44,066 nucleotides of DNA from Bacillota bacterium (GTDB taxonomy: Bacteria; Bacillota; Dethiobacteria; DTU022), in assembly GCA_051748445.1 (NCBI GenBank), contig JBNJHL010000004.1:1-44066 (forward strand), in the 5' to 3' direction. The notes beneath the pieces were generated by a model that saw nothing but the letters and a program-made list of their open reading frames with translations, was not told the DNA's origin and did no database searches. The translations under genes were made by a program, and so were the position numbers. Below, piece after piece: positions 27,282 through 35,629 of the stretch. Position 1 is the stretch's first letter; every line of letters starts with the position of its first letter.

Positions 27282-28430
27282 TTAATGGACTTTTATGCCC
27301 TCGAGGCAGGATGATAAGCGATCACGGTCAATTTTACCGTGTCCAGCGCCGATAGCTTTACCAACCAATAGTTCTTCGTTGGCGCCGCCATTGCTTCTTC
27401 CATTTCCTTTGCCATCCTTGGCCCCATCTCCGGGTCGGGCAAGGTCTCGTATTAGATTACGGTAACTTTCGATCAGCTCACCTTTACAGCTATTGTAGCA
27501 AAAGCTATTGTTTTTATTTTCACCTGTATTTTCTTTAGTGTTATATACCCTAACCTGATTTCGACCGGCTTCTTTTGCCATAAACAGGGCTTTATCGGCC
27601 TGGTTAATCAAATCGGTGATGTTGCTGCTGCTTCCGGGATAATCAGAAATGCCGATAGACAGGCTCAATGCATTGGTTTTAGTGTCTTTTGAGGGGAACA
27701 TGAGCCGGTTATAACTGTTGATCAGCCTTTCAGCAAAAACCGCGGCATTTTTCGCACTGCAATCCGGTAAAATAATTACGAATTCATCTCCACCATAGCG
27801 GCAGACAATGTCATGAATTCTTGTTTTTTTATTTAAAAAAGCAGCGCTTTTCTTGAGGGCCAGATCACCCATGATGTGGCCGTTTAAATCATTATATTGT
27901 TTGAAGTGATCGATATCAACAAAAACCAGGGACAGGGGCTGGCCATTTCGCCTGGACCTGGCGGCTTCTTCAGCTAATCTTGACTGGAAAAAACGGTGGT
28001 TGTAGGTCTCGGTTAGACAGTCTATGGCAGACAGCCATTCCAGGTTTTTCTTCTTGGTTTGCTCCATGTTCTTAAAGTATGCTATAACTGCTGATGCAGC
28101 AGATGTGTAAAAGATCAGGGCAATAAAAACGGCATAAATAGTTTCGTGGCTGCCCAGCCAGTGATAAAAAGCCAGGGTTCCCGCGGCTGTATTTACTGCT
28201 AAAGCAATGAGCAGACCCTTCAGGTTGAAAAAGTAAGCAACCATTAATGTAGTAACGGCCAGGGCAGGCAACAGCTGCTGCTGAAGAGTAACGGGTATAG
28301 TTAAAAATGGCTGGAATAATAGAACCAACAGGAAGAGCAGCAGGGCCAGGAGAAAGTAACGCCCCTGGATTTTTGAGGTCTGGTTGCTTAATCTACCTGC
28401 TTTAATTAAGGTCAGCGTATTTCTAAACAT
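27282..28430 (-). CDS. Membrane-bound diguanylate cyclase
   Basis: N-terminal TM helices; DCLTETYNHR, DIDHFKQYND, I-site RIHD, RYGGDEF and ADKALFMAK..GRN. Confidence 0.93.
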   Translation of the reverse strand: MFRNTLTLIKAGRLSNQTSKIQGRYFLLALLLFLLVLLFQPFLTIPVTLQQQLLPALAVTTLMVAYFFNLKGLLIALAVNTAAGTLAFYHWLGSHETIYAVFIALIFYTSAASAVIAYFKNMEQTKKKNLEWLSAIDCLTETYNHRFFQSRLAEEAARSRRNGQPLSLVFVDIDHFKQYNDLNGHIMGDLALKKSAAFLNKKTRIHDIVCRYGGDEFVIILPDCSAKNAAVFAERLINSYNRLMFPSKDTKTNALSLSIGISDYPGSSSNITDLINQADKALFMAKEAGRNQVRVYNTKENTGENKNNSFCYNSCKGELIESYRNLIRDLARPGDGAKDGKGNGRSNGGANEELLVGKAIGAGHGKIDRDRLSSCLEGIKVH

Positions 28431-28506
28431 AATATTGCAAACCTCCAGCCTGTGAAAGATTATTAGTGTACAGCATAAGTGTTAACGTTAAGTGTTTCTG
28501 TTATTA

Positions 28507-28533
28507 ATATCGGCCAGTGACGGCAAAAATTAA
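28507..28533 (-). promoter_or_regulatory. Putative sigma-28 (SigD/FliA) promoter for the diguanylate cyclase
   Basis: Minus strand TTAA-N15-GCCGATAT; the -10 element is a perfect match. Confidence 0.6.
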
Positions 28534-28609
28534 GCATTCCGGCCAGTATTTATGAAGATCGCAGATATTATGAAATATGAGCAGGTTTATTAATCTTAAA
28601 AAAACTTGT

Positions 28610-28638
28610 AAAAAAGAGCCTGCAAAAAACAGGCTCTT
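28610..28638 (-). terminator. Intrinsic terminator after the rnfD-like gene
   Basis: Minus strand aagagcctg-loop-caggctctttttt. Confidence 0.75.
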
Positions 28639-28693
28639 GAAACTGATGGTTAGATGTCTTTAACTTTTCGTTATAATGGTGATATTACTGATA

Positions 28694-29551
28694 TCAGGCC
28701 GCCTTTGGTTTCGGTCTTGGCCTGGTATAACGGTTAATCAGCGGAACCAGCAGGTTCATACCGATAATGGCGAAAGTTGTTCCTTCGGGCAGCCAGCCCC
28801 ACAGGCGCATGGCAATAATAATCAGCCCCACACCGAACCCAAAAATATAGCGTCCCAGCTGGGTTTTAGGAGAGCTAACCGGGTCAGTGGCCATAAAGAA
28901 AGCCCCGATAATCAGGCTGCCGGAAAAAAGGTGAAACAGAATGTTCTGGCCGGTCAGCAGGGAAACCAGGACCACAGCGGCGATAACACTGACCGGGATA
29001 CGCCAGTTGGCAAAACGATTATAGATCAGGTAGCCTGCTCCTATAAGCAGTAGCAGGGCTGATGTTTCGCCAAGGCTACCTGGAATAGCGCCGAGAAAAA
29101 GATCGGACAGCGGAGCAAGGTTGCCCTCGCTGCGGATAATTTGCAGGGGAGTTGCTGTCGTGGTCAGGTCAATCGGACTTAGCCAGGGTCCCATTGTTCC
29201 GGGGAAGGCGTAAATTATGAAAAGTCGGCCGAATAAGGCAGGATTAAAAAGATTTTTCCCGTAACCACCAAATAACTGCTTGCCGACCACAATTCCAAAA
29301 ACTGACCCTGCCGCTACCACGTATAGGGGCAGCGAGGGGGAAACGGTCAGGGCTAGCAGCAAACCGGTTACTATGGCGCTTAAATCTTTAATTTTAATCG
29401 GTTTTTTAGTGAAGTAATGGTATAAAGCTTCAGAACCAACGGCTGCTGCAATACTGACGGCAATTAAAAGAACTGCGTTTAAGCGATATGAATAAATGGC
29501 AAACAGTGCTGCCGGTGCCAGGGCTATCAGCATGCCCTTCATCATCTTCAT
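28694..29551 (-). CDS. rnfD: RnfD/NqrB family membrane protein, stand-alone
   Basis: DLSAIVTGLLLAL, KQLFGGYGKNLFNPAL, flavinylation site TTATPL, GSLGETS, FMATDPVSSP and EGTTFAI. Confidence 0.88.
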   Translation of the reverse strand: MKMMKGMLIALAPAALFAIYSYRLNAVLLIAVSIAAAVGSEALYHYFTKKPIKIKDLSAIVTGLLLALTVSPSLPLYVVAAGSVFGIVVGKQLFGGYGKNLFNPALFGRLFIIYAFPGTMGPWLSPIDLTTTATPLQIIRSEGNLAPLSDLFLGAIPGSLGETSALLLLIGAGYLIYNRFANWRIPVSVIAAVVLVSLLTGQNILFHLFSGSLIIGAFFMATDPVSSPKTQLGRYIFGFGVGLIIIAMRLWGWLPEGTTFAIIGMNLLVPLINRYTRPRPKPKAA

Positions 29552-29642
29552 GCAAATTCCTCCAGTTTATATTTGTATATTATCATTATAGCATAATAGT
29601 GGTTTTATTCAACTAAACCGACTGATTTAGTAGAAAATCATA

Positions 29643-29670
29643 GCAGGATACTCAGTGCAACCTGTCGAAC
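29643..29670 (+). promoter_or_regulatory. Putative sigma-H-type promoter for the xdh-family operon
   Basis: GCAGGA-N18-GAAC (GTCGAAC). Confidence 0.45.
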
Positions 29671-29712
29671 TATTTTTATAATCCGAATATAGATGGCTTG
29701 GGAGGATAAACT

Positions 29713-32043
29713 ATGGCAGAGTTAAAGCATGTAGGGGTTTCCACACCCCGCAAAGATGGTGAAGATAAAGTGAGCGGTCGTTTGCGCTACCTTGCTGACA
29801 AACAGGCGCCGGATTTGCTGCACGCGGCCTTGAAAACCAGTCCCCATGCCCATGCATTAATCAAAACAATAAAAGTGGATCTGGCTATGCAGGCGCCCGG
29901 AGTACGAGCCATATTAACGGGAAAAGATATACCGGGCAACATCGGTATATACCTGGGTGATAAGCCACCACTGGCAAAAGGCAAGGTCCGTCATTACGGC
30001 GAGCCTGTTGCTGCGGTGGTAGCAGACAGCGAAGCTGCGGCAAAATCGGCCCTTTCGCTGATTGAAGTAGAGTATGAGCCGCTTGATGTTATTCGCTCCC
30101 CTGCGGAGGCTTTAAGCAAGGATGCGCCCCTTTTGCATGAAAATATGGCTGACTATATCCATATTCCTGCTATATTACCTGAACCTGGCAGCAATATTGC
30201 CAATCGCACTAAAATTCGCAAGGGTAATGTGGAAGACGGATTTAAAGCCTGCAAGACAGTGGCTGAAGGATCGTTTAGTTTCCCGCCCGGGGATCATGTG
30301 GCCATGGAACCCAGGGCCTCGACTGCCGAGATCCTCAAAGATGGTCAGGTAATTATTCATTCTACCACCCAGGCTCCCTTTGTTGTCCGTAGCTTGCTTG
30401 GGGCATCATTTGGCCTTTCTCCTGGTAAAATAACAATCATTACCGGTCCGCTGGGCGGTGGTTTTGGAGGCAAGGCCGGAATCCAGCTCGAAGGGCTGGC
30501 TTACCTGCTTTCGAAAGCTGTCGGTGGCCGTCCGGTCAGGCTGGTCAACAGCCGGGAAAATGACCTGGTTTCATCACCGGGGCGAACCGGCCTGGAAGCA
30601 AAGGTTAAACTGGGTTGTTCCAGGGGTGGCAAGCTGCAGGCGGCGGAAATCTTTTTCTGCTTCGACAGCGGTGCTTATGCCGACTATGCTGTTAATATCA
30701 GCCGGGCTGCTGCTATTGCCTGCACCGGCCCCTATGCTGTGCCCAACGTCTGGTGTGATTCTATTTGTGTTTATACCAACCATCCCTTTGCTACTGCTTA
30801 CCGCGGTTTTGGCCACGTTGAGCTGGCCTTTGCCGTAGAAAGGGCTATCGACTTGCTCGCGGAAAAAGGCGGTTTTGATCCACTTGAGCTTCGTAAAATT
30901 AATGCCATTCAAAAAGGTGATACCACCCCGACTCAGAGCCTGATGGACGCCAGCACCGGCAACCTGCGCCAGTGTCTTGATAATATTGAGGAAATGCTTG
31001 ACTGGAATAAGGGCGCCAGGACGGAGCAGCCGGACGGAAAAGTGCGGGCAAAGGGAATCAGCTGTTTCTGGAAGGCGCCGGCCATGCCGACCAATGCAGA
31101 CGGTGGGGCAATCTTGACCTTCAACGAAGATGGCACCGTGAACCTGCACTGCGGTGTAATTGAAATAGGGCAGGGCATTAAAACTGCCCTGGCCCAAATC
31201 CTGGCTGATAAAATTGGTCTTGAACCGGACCAGGTCCATGTCATAAATGAAGTTAATACCAGGGCAGCACCGCATGACTGGGCAACGGCAGCCAGCCGCA
31301 GTCTGTTTATGATCGGAAGGGCCTTGATGGAGGCGGCCGATGATGCGATGAGACAGCTAAAACGGACTGCGTCAATTGTTCTGCGCTGCCCCCCGGGAGA
31401 TCTTGAGGTTTCAGGAGGACGGGTTTTCCTGGCTGATGAACCGGAAATTGGTCTTCCCCTGGCCGAAGTAGCGCTCGGCTATATGTTCCCTGAGGGCAAT
31501 GCTATCCAGGGACAAGTGATCGGAGTGGGCCGCTATATTTCCCGCCGTCTGACCGAAATTGATCCCGAAAGCGGAGCCGGCCGGCCGGCCCTGGAGTGGA
31601 CCATGGGGGCCCAGGGGATTGAAGTGGAACTCGATCCTTCTGATGGCACCTACAGGGTACTGAAGGCAGCCTGTTCCATGGATGTGGGCAAAGTGATCAA
31701 TCCCTTCCTGGCCAGGGGCCAGGTAGTCGGCGGGATGTCGATGGGGCTCGGTTTTGCCGGCTGGGAAGCTTTCACCCTCAACAAACAGGGTAAAATGGTC
31801 AACGACAGTTTGCGTAACTACAAAATATTAAGATACGGGGAGGAGCCGCAGTACCTGGTGAAGTTCGTGGAAACGCCTCAGCGTGACGGGCCTTACGGAG
31901 CGCGCGGCCTGGGCGAGCAGGGTGTACTCGGTATGCCCGGTGCCCTTGCCGGTGCCCTTTCCAGGGGTCTGGGAAGCCAGCTGACCAGCCTGCCGCTTAC
32001 CCCGCAGAAGATCTGGGAAGCAGGAAAGGAGGCCGGCCAATGA
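29713..32043 (+). CDS. Xanthine dehydrogenase family molybdopterin-binding (large) subunit
   Basis: SPHAHA, MEPR, GGGFGGK, AYRGFG, EIGQG, SMDVGKVINP, GQVVGG and GARGLGEQG with the catalytic Glu. Confidence 0.93.
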   Translation: MAELKHVGVSTPRKDGEDKVSGRLRYLADKQAPDLLHAALKTSPHAHALIKTIKVDLAMQAPGVRAILTGKDIPGNIGIYLGDKPPLAKGKVRHYGEPVAAVVADSEAAAKSALSLIEVEYEPLDVIRSPAEALSKDAPLLHENMADYIHIPAILPEPGSNIANRTKIRKGNVEDGFKACKTVAEGSFSFPPGDHVAMEPRASTAEILKDGQVIIHSTTQAPFVVRSLLGASFGLSPGKITIITGPLGGGFGGKAGIQLEGLAYLLSKAVGGRPVRLVNSRENDLVSSPGRTGLEAKVKLGCSRGGKLQAAEIFFCFDSGAYADYAVNISRAAAIACTGPYAVPNVWCDSICVYTNHPFATAYRGFGHVELAFAVERAIDLLAEKGGFDPLELRKINAIQKGDTTPTQSLMDASTGNLRQCLDNIEEMLDWNKGARTEQPDGKVRAKGISCFWKAPAMPTNADGGAILTFNEDGTVNLHCGVIEIGQGIKTALAQILADKIGLEPDQVHVINEVNTRAAPHDWATAASRSLFMIGRALMEAADDAMRQLKRTASIVLRCPPGDLEVSGGRVFLADEPEIGLPLAEVALGYMFPEGNAIQGQVIGVGRYISRRLTEIDPESGAGRPALEWTMGAQGIEVELDPSDGTYRVLKAACSMDVGKVINPFLARGQVVGGMSMGLGFAGWEAFTLNKQGKMVNDSLRNYKILRYGEEPQYLVKFVETPQRDGPYGARGLGEQGVLGMPGALAGALSRGLGSQLTSLPLTPQKIWEAGKEAGQ

Positions 32044-32876
32044 TTCCCTTTAATTTTGAGTATTACAGGCCGGAAAGTGCCGAAGAAGCAGGTGACCTTT
32101 ACCGGCAGCTTGATGATGCCGGTAAAGAACCGCTCTATTATGCCGGTGGAACGGAAATCGTTACTTTTTGCCGACAGCAGGTTATCAGGCCGGGAGCGTT
32201 GATTGACTTGAAAGCGATACCAGAGACAAAAAAGTTTGAGTCCGATGGCGACAGGCTAAACCTCGGTTCAGCTGTAACTCTAAGTGTGGTTAGCGACCGC
32301 GATGAATACCCCCTGCTGGCGCGGGTTGCCCGCAGGGTTGCCGACCGCACTGTACGCAACCGGCTGACCCTGGGCGGCAACATCTGCGGTCGTCTTCCTT
32401 ACCGTGAAATAATCCTGCCCCTGCTGCTGGCAGGTGCAGAAGTAGATTTGACCGGCCCTGACGGCAGCCGCAGCATTGCACTGGCAGAGCTTTTTGACAA
32501 GCGAATCAGGTTAAATTCCGGGGAAATGCTGGTCAGCCTCAGCGTGGACCAGGACTTGCTCAAGCAGGATGGTTGGCACAAGCGGCGTGAATATCATGGG
32601 CCGGTTGGCTACCCGCTGTCTCACCTGGTGGCGGTGCGTAAAGGAGATTACTTGACTATGGCGGTCAGCGGTCTTTGCGCTTTCCCCTTCCGCAGTGAAA
32701 AGCTGGAACAGTTAATCAATGAGCAAGGACTTAATGTGCAGGAAAAGGTAAAGCAGTCGTCCAATTTACTGCCGGGTCCGGTGCGCAGCGATGAAATGGC
32801 CTCAAATAAATATCGTGAAGCCATGTGGCAGAAAGACCTGCTACAGATGCTCGGTGAAATGGAGGGAAGGCAATAA
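32040..32876 (+). CDS. Xanthine dehydrogenase family FAD-binding (medium) subunit
   Basis: FEYYRP, YAGGTE and VRNRLTLGGNI; ATGA overlap with the large subunit. Confidence 0.9.
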   Translation: MIPFNFEYYRPESAEEAGDLYRQLDDAGKEPLYYAGGTEIVTFCRQQVIRPGALIDLKAIPETKKFESDGDRLNLGSAVTLSVVSDRDEYPLLARVARRVADRTVRNRLTLGGNICGRLPYREIILPLLLAGAEVDLTGPDGSRSIALAELFDKRIRLNSGEMLVSLSVDQDLLKQDGWHKRREYHGPVGYPLSHLVAVRKGDYLTMAVSGLCAFPFRSEKLEQLINEQGLNVQEKVKQSSNLLPGPVRSDEMASNKYREAMWQKDLLQMLGEMEGRQ

Positions 32877-33340
32877 TGAAATCATATAGCGACGTTGCGA
32901 AAGTAACGATTGATGTCAACGGGGAAGAACGCAGTGTACATGTTCGTCCGGCCGATACCCTCCTCAGGGTTCTGCGAGAAAAAATGGGCCTGACCGGGGC
33001 CAAACCCGGCTGTGAAAATGGTGACTGCGGGGCCTGCACAATTCTCTTAAACGGCGTTCCTGTTAAATCCTGCCTGGTGCTGGCAGTTGAAGCCGACGGC
33101 AGGACAGTAACCACTGTAGAAGGTTTGGAAAATACAGCTATTCAGCAAGCTTTCATGGAAAAAGGGGGCTTCCAGTGCGGCTACTGCACCTCCGGATTTT
33201 TAGTAAACGCTTATGCTCTGCTGGAAAAACACCCGGATGTAACGGGAGAGCATGACCGTGAATGGCTGGAAAGTAACCTCTGCCGCTGCACCGGTTACGA
33301 AGGAATCAGCCGCTCGATCGCAAAGGCCCGAAAGTTATAG
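32876..33340 (+). CDS. Xanthine dehydrogenase family 2x[2Fe-2S] (small) subunit
   Basis: GCENGDCGAC...SC, QCGYC and NLCRCTGY; TAATG overlap. Confidence 0.95.
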   Translation: MKSYSDVAKVTIDVNGEERSVHVRPADTLLRVLREKMGLTGAKPGCENGDCGACTILLNGVPVKSCLVLAVEADGRTVTTVEGLENTAIQQAFMEKGGFQCGYCTSGFLVNAYALLEKHPDVTGEHDREWLESNLCRCTGYEGISRSIAKARKL

Positions 33341-33342
33341 CC

Positions 33343-33472
33343 AAGTACACGGGGACGGAGGTTTTGTACTTACTATCGGCCAAATTATACTAAGAATTAG
33401 ACTGGGACATAAATGTTGAGTACAAAACCTCCGTCCCCGTGTACTTCCGTGTACTTTCGTCCCCCTGTACTT
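33343..33472. repeat. REP/REPIN-like perfect 28-bp inverted repeat with a 48-bp spacer, plus trailing partial copies
   Basis: aagtacacggggacggaggttttgtact (33343-33370) and its exact reverse complement (33419-33446); arm fragments at 33447-33456 and 33458-33472. Confidence 0.85.
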
Positions 33473-33482
33473 TCTTCTTGAA

Positions 33483-33601
33483 ATTGAATAACCTGTGTAA
33501 AGATCTGTGGATAGGTTGTTGAGTTGCTGTTGATAAACTCATGTAAAGCATTACATAGTCAGGGTTTGCAGTATTTATAGTGTGTGTGGAAAAGTGGATA
33601 A
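33483..33601. promoter_or_regulatory. Cluster of co-oriented DnaA-box-like 9-mers
   Basis: One mismatch to TGTGGATAA: TGTGGATAG 33506, TGTTGATAA 33528, TGTGGAAAA 33585 and AGTGGATAA 33593. Weaker: ATTGAATAA 33483 and TGTGTAAAG 33494. Confidence 0.6.
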
Positions 33602-33637
33602 ATTTATTGTTGCTACACTAAAAGGGGGCCTCTGAAA

Positions 33638-34177
33638 ATTTGTGACTATAGCAAGCTGGAAGCGCTGTTTTCTAAATTCAACTTTACCGATTACCGCTGG
33701 ATAAAAGCCACACAGATAGAAGTGGCCCACTGGGTCCGCTTCAAGTGCATGTTTGGCTGCAGCAGCTATGGCAAAAAGGGATCCTGCCCGCCGCAGGTTC
33801 CTTGCGTAGAAGAATGCCGCGCCTTCTTTTCCGAATACGATGATGCCGTAATCTTTCACCTTGCCAAAAAAGTAGAGCAGCCAGAAGACCGTGTGCACTG
33901 GAGCAGGGCAATAGAGAAGGAACTGGTTAAGCTGGAACGCGAAGTATTTTGGGCCGGTTACCACAAGGTTTTTATGCTTTTCATGGATGAATGTCGTCTC
34001 TGCGTAAACTGCACCGGTTCGAGGGAAGACTGCGTTAACAAGGATGATTCGCGGCCCGGCCCTGAATCGCTGGCTGTAGATGTTTTTTCAACCGTCCGCA
34101 GTGCAGGCTATCCAATTGAAGTGTTAAGTGATTATAAACAGGAAATGCACCGCTACGCAATCCTGATGGTTGAATAA
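33638..34177 (+). CDS. DUF2284-like predicted metal-binding protein; start probably non-canonical (ATT 33638 or CTG 33632)
   Basis: WVRFKCMFGCSSYGKKGSCPP, CRLCVNC...C, RPGPESLAVDVFSTV. The frame is open upstream of GTG 33722 (DYSKLEALFSKFNFTDYRWI), and RBS AAAGGGGG lies at 33621-33628. Confidence 0.8.
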   Translation: MCDYSKLEALFSKFNFTDYRWIKATQIEVAHWVRFKCMFGCSSYGKKGSCPPQVPCVEECRAFFSEYDDAVIFHLAKKVEQPEDRVHWSRAIEKELVKLEREVFWAGYHKVFMLFMDECRLCVNCTGSREDCVNKDDSRPGPESLAVDVFSTVRSAGYPIEVLSDYKQEMHRYAILMVE

Positions 34178-34179
34178 CG

Positions 34180-34240
34180 AAGTACGCGGGGACGGGGGTT
34201 TTGTACTTAATAAGTACAAAACCCCCGTCCCCGCGTACTT
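34180..34240. repeat. Perfect 61-bp palindrome (30-bp arms, 1-nt centre), same family as 33343-33446
   Basis: aagtacgcggggacgggggttttgtactta-a-taagtacaaaacccccgtccccgcgtactt, between convergent genes. Confidence 0.9.
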
Positions 34241-34258
34241 GAGCCTGAGTGTTTGTTT

Positions 34259-34765
34259 CTATTCCTCTTCAGGCGTAAAAGTTCTTGAACCGAGTTCCCG
34301 GTCCAGCATTAGGATGCCGTGACCTTTTTCACCAACTCGCTTGATCTGGCTTAATATTTTACCCATGCTTGCCTCTTCTTCAACCTGTTCGTCTATAAAC
34401 CACTGAAGGAAACTGATACTTGGATAGTGTTTTTCCTCCTGGGCTAAATTCATCAACTCGTTTATCAGGCTGCTGACCAGCTTTTCATGTTCCAGCGCCA
34501 GTTCAAAAATTTCCTCAGTCGAATTAAAGTCACGCTTCGGGTCTTTGAATCCGCTGATAATTGCCTCAGCGTCCTGGTCGTTGATAAACTCAAAGAATTT
34601 CATGGCATGAGAACGTTCCTCTTCGGCCTGCACAAGGAAGAAGTTGGCAAAACCGTCTAAGTCTTCTTTCTTGAAATATGCAGCCATGGCCAGGTAATAA
34701 TGCGCGGAGAAAAATTCATGGGTAATCTGTTCATTTAGCTTTCCTAACAATTTTTCTGATAACAT
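34259..34765 (-). CDS. ftnA: Non-heme ferritin
   Basis: LNEQITHEFFS..YL.MA, EERSHAMKF, HEK and FLQWFIDEQVEEE (ferroxidase centre). Start placed at the ATG 8 nt after AAAGGAG. Confidence 0.93.
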   Translation of the reverse strand: MLSEKLLGKLNEQITHEFFSAHYYLAMAAYFKKEDLDGFANFFLVQAEEERSHAMKFFEFINDQDAEAIISGFKDPKRDFNSTEEIFELALEHEKLVSSLINELMNLAQEEKHYPSISFLQWFIDEQVEEEASMGKILSQIKRVGEKGHGILMLDRELGSRTFTPEEE

Positions 34766-34861
34766 TTTCATTCTCCTTTCAGGATTTGCGTTTTTTATGC
34801 GCTTCAATCTGTTCTAAGGGTGATGTTTATGCTTCCACACACCACAACCATCATCATTCTT

Positions 34862-34890
34862 ATTATATTACAATCTATCAATATTATCAA
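34862..34890 (-). promoter_or_regulatory. Sigma-A promoter for ferritin
   Basis: Minus strand TTGATA-N17-TATAAT; overlaps a weak GATAAT-containing, Fur/PerR-like AT-rich stretch. Confidence 0.6.
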
Positions 34891-35152
34891 TGCAAACTGC
34901 TCCTTAGCTTTTCCTGTTAGCTTTGATCTTTTACCGGACAGTTCGTCGCTTTTACTGGCTAGACAGTCTATTGCGTCTTTTTTTTAATAGTTATTTTTAT
35001 TAACTTGTAGCAGGATTCACTAACACAAAAAGAGAAAACTTTCAGGTCTGTTTATGTTTAAGCAAGAGGGAGCAGAGATGATTGGGCTGTTTTAACTGTA
35101 AAACTTTATATTGCGAAGCAAAACAAGAATAAGCGGTAAAGGGAGTGATACC

Positions 35153-35629
35153 ATGCAAGAACAATTAAACACTGTATTTGCTTCATACCAGGGTGAGAAG
35201 AACGAACTGATCCCCGTCCTGCAGGATGTTCAGGAAGAAATCGGTTACCTGCCTGAAGAAGCAATGCGTGAAGTGGCGCGTTTCGTGCGGCTGCCCGAAG
35301 CAAAGGTTTTCGGTGTAGCCACTTTTTATGCCCGCTTCCATCTCGAACCGAGAGGCGAGCATATTGTCCGCCTCTGCTGCGGCACGGCCTGTCACGTGCG
35401 CGGTGCGGCTAAGATTGCCGACAAGGTTAAGACAGTGCTCGAGGTTGACGTAGGTGAAACCACAGAAGATATGAAATTCACTTACGAGGAAGTGGCCTGT
35501 ATCGGGGCCTGCGGCCTGGCGCCGGTGATGACCATTGATGATAAAACCTTTGGTAAACTTGATCCCGATAAAACAGAAAAAACAATTAAGAAGTACGGTG
35601 AAGACAGTGCGGAAGGAGGGGAAGCTTAA
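35153..35629 (+). CDS. NuoE/HydC-like [2Fe-2S] subunit of the formate dehydrogenase complex
   Basis: LIPVLQDVQEEIGYLP, GVATFY, CCGTACHVRG and CIGACGLAPV. ATG 35153 follows AAAGGGAG. Confidence 0.92.
   Translation: MQEQLNTVFASYQGEKNELIPVLQDVQEEIGYLPEEAMREVARFVRLPEAKVFGVATFYARFHLEPRGEHIVRLCCGTACHVRGAAKIADKVKTVLEVDVGETTEDMKFTYEEVACIGACGLAPVMTIDDKTFGKLDPDKTEKTIKKYGEDSAEGGEA

Noticed and set aside
30574-31275. Long antisense ORFs (233 aa here; also 35915-36535, 35183-35731, 319-810, 37777-38244)
   Set aside because: They are shadows of well-supported genes on the opposite strand and have no motifs or RBS.
29713-32043. Aerobic CO dehydrogenase CoxL
   Set aside because: The active-site loop is AYRGFGH, not AYxCSFR (form I) or AYxGAGR (form II).
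33483-33601. Chromosomal oriC
   Set aside because: No dnaA, dnaN, rpmH or gidA nearby, no perfect box and no clear unwinding element; kept only as a DnaA-box-like cluster.
33343-34240. CRISPR array suggested by ~28-30-bp repeats with a 48-bp spacer
   Set aside because: The repeats are inverted rather than direct, there are only two pairs, and no cas genes are present.
34989-35005. Rex operator upstream of the FDH operon (AGTTA-N7-TAACT)
   Set aside because: The spacing is one base longer than the 18-bp Rex consensus and the outer bases mismatch; it may be chance in AT-rich DNA.
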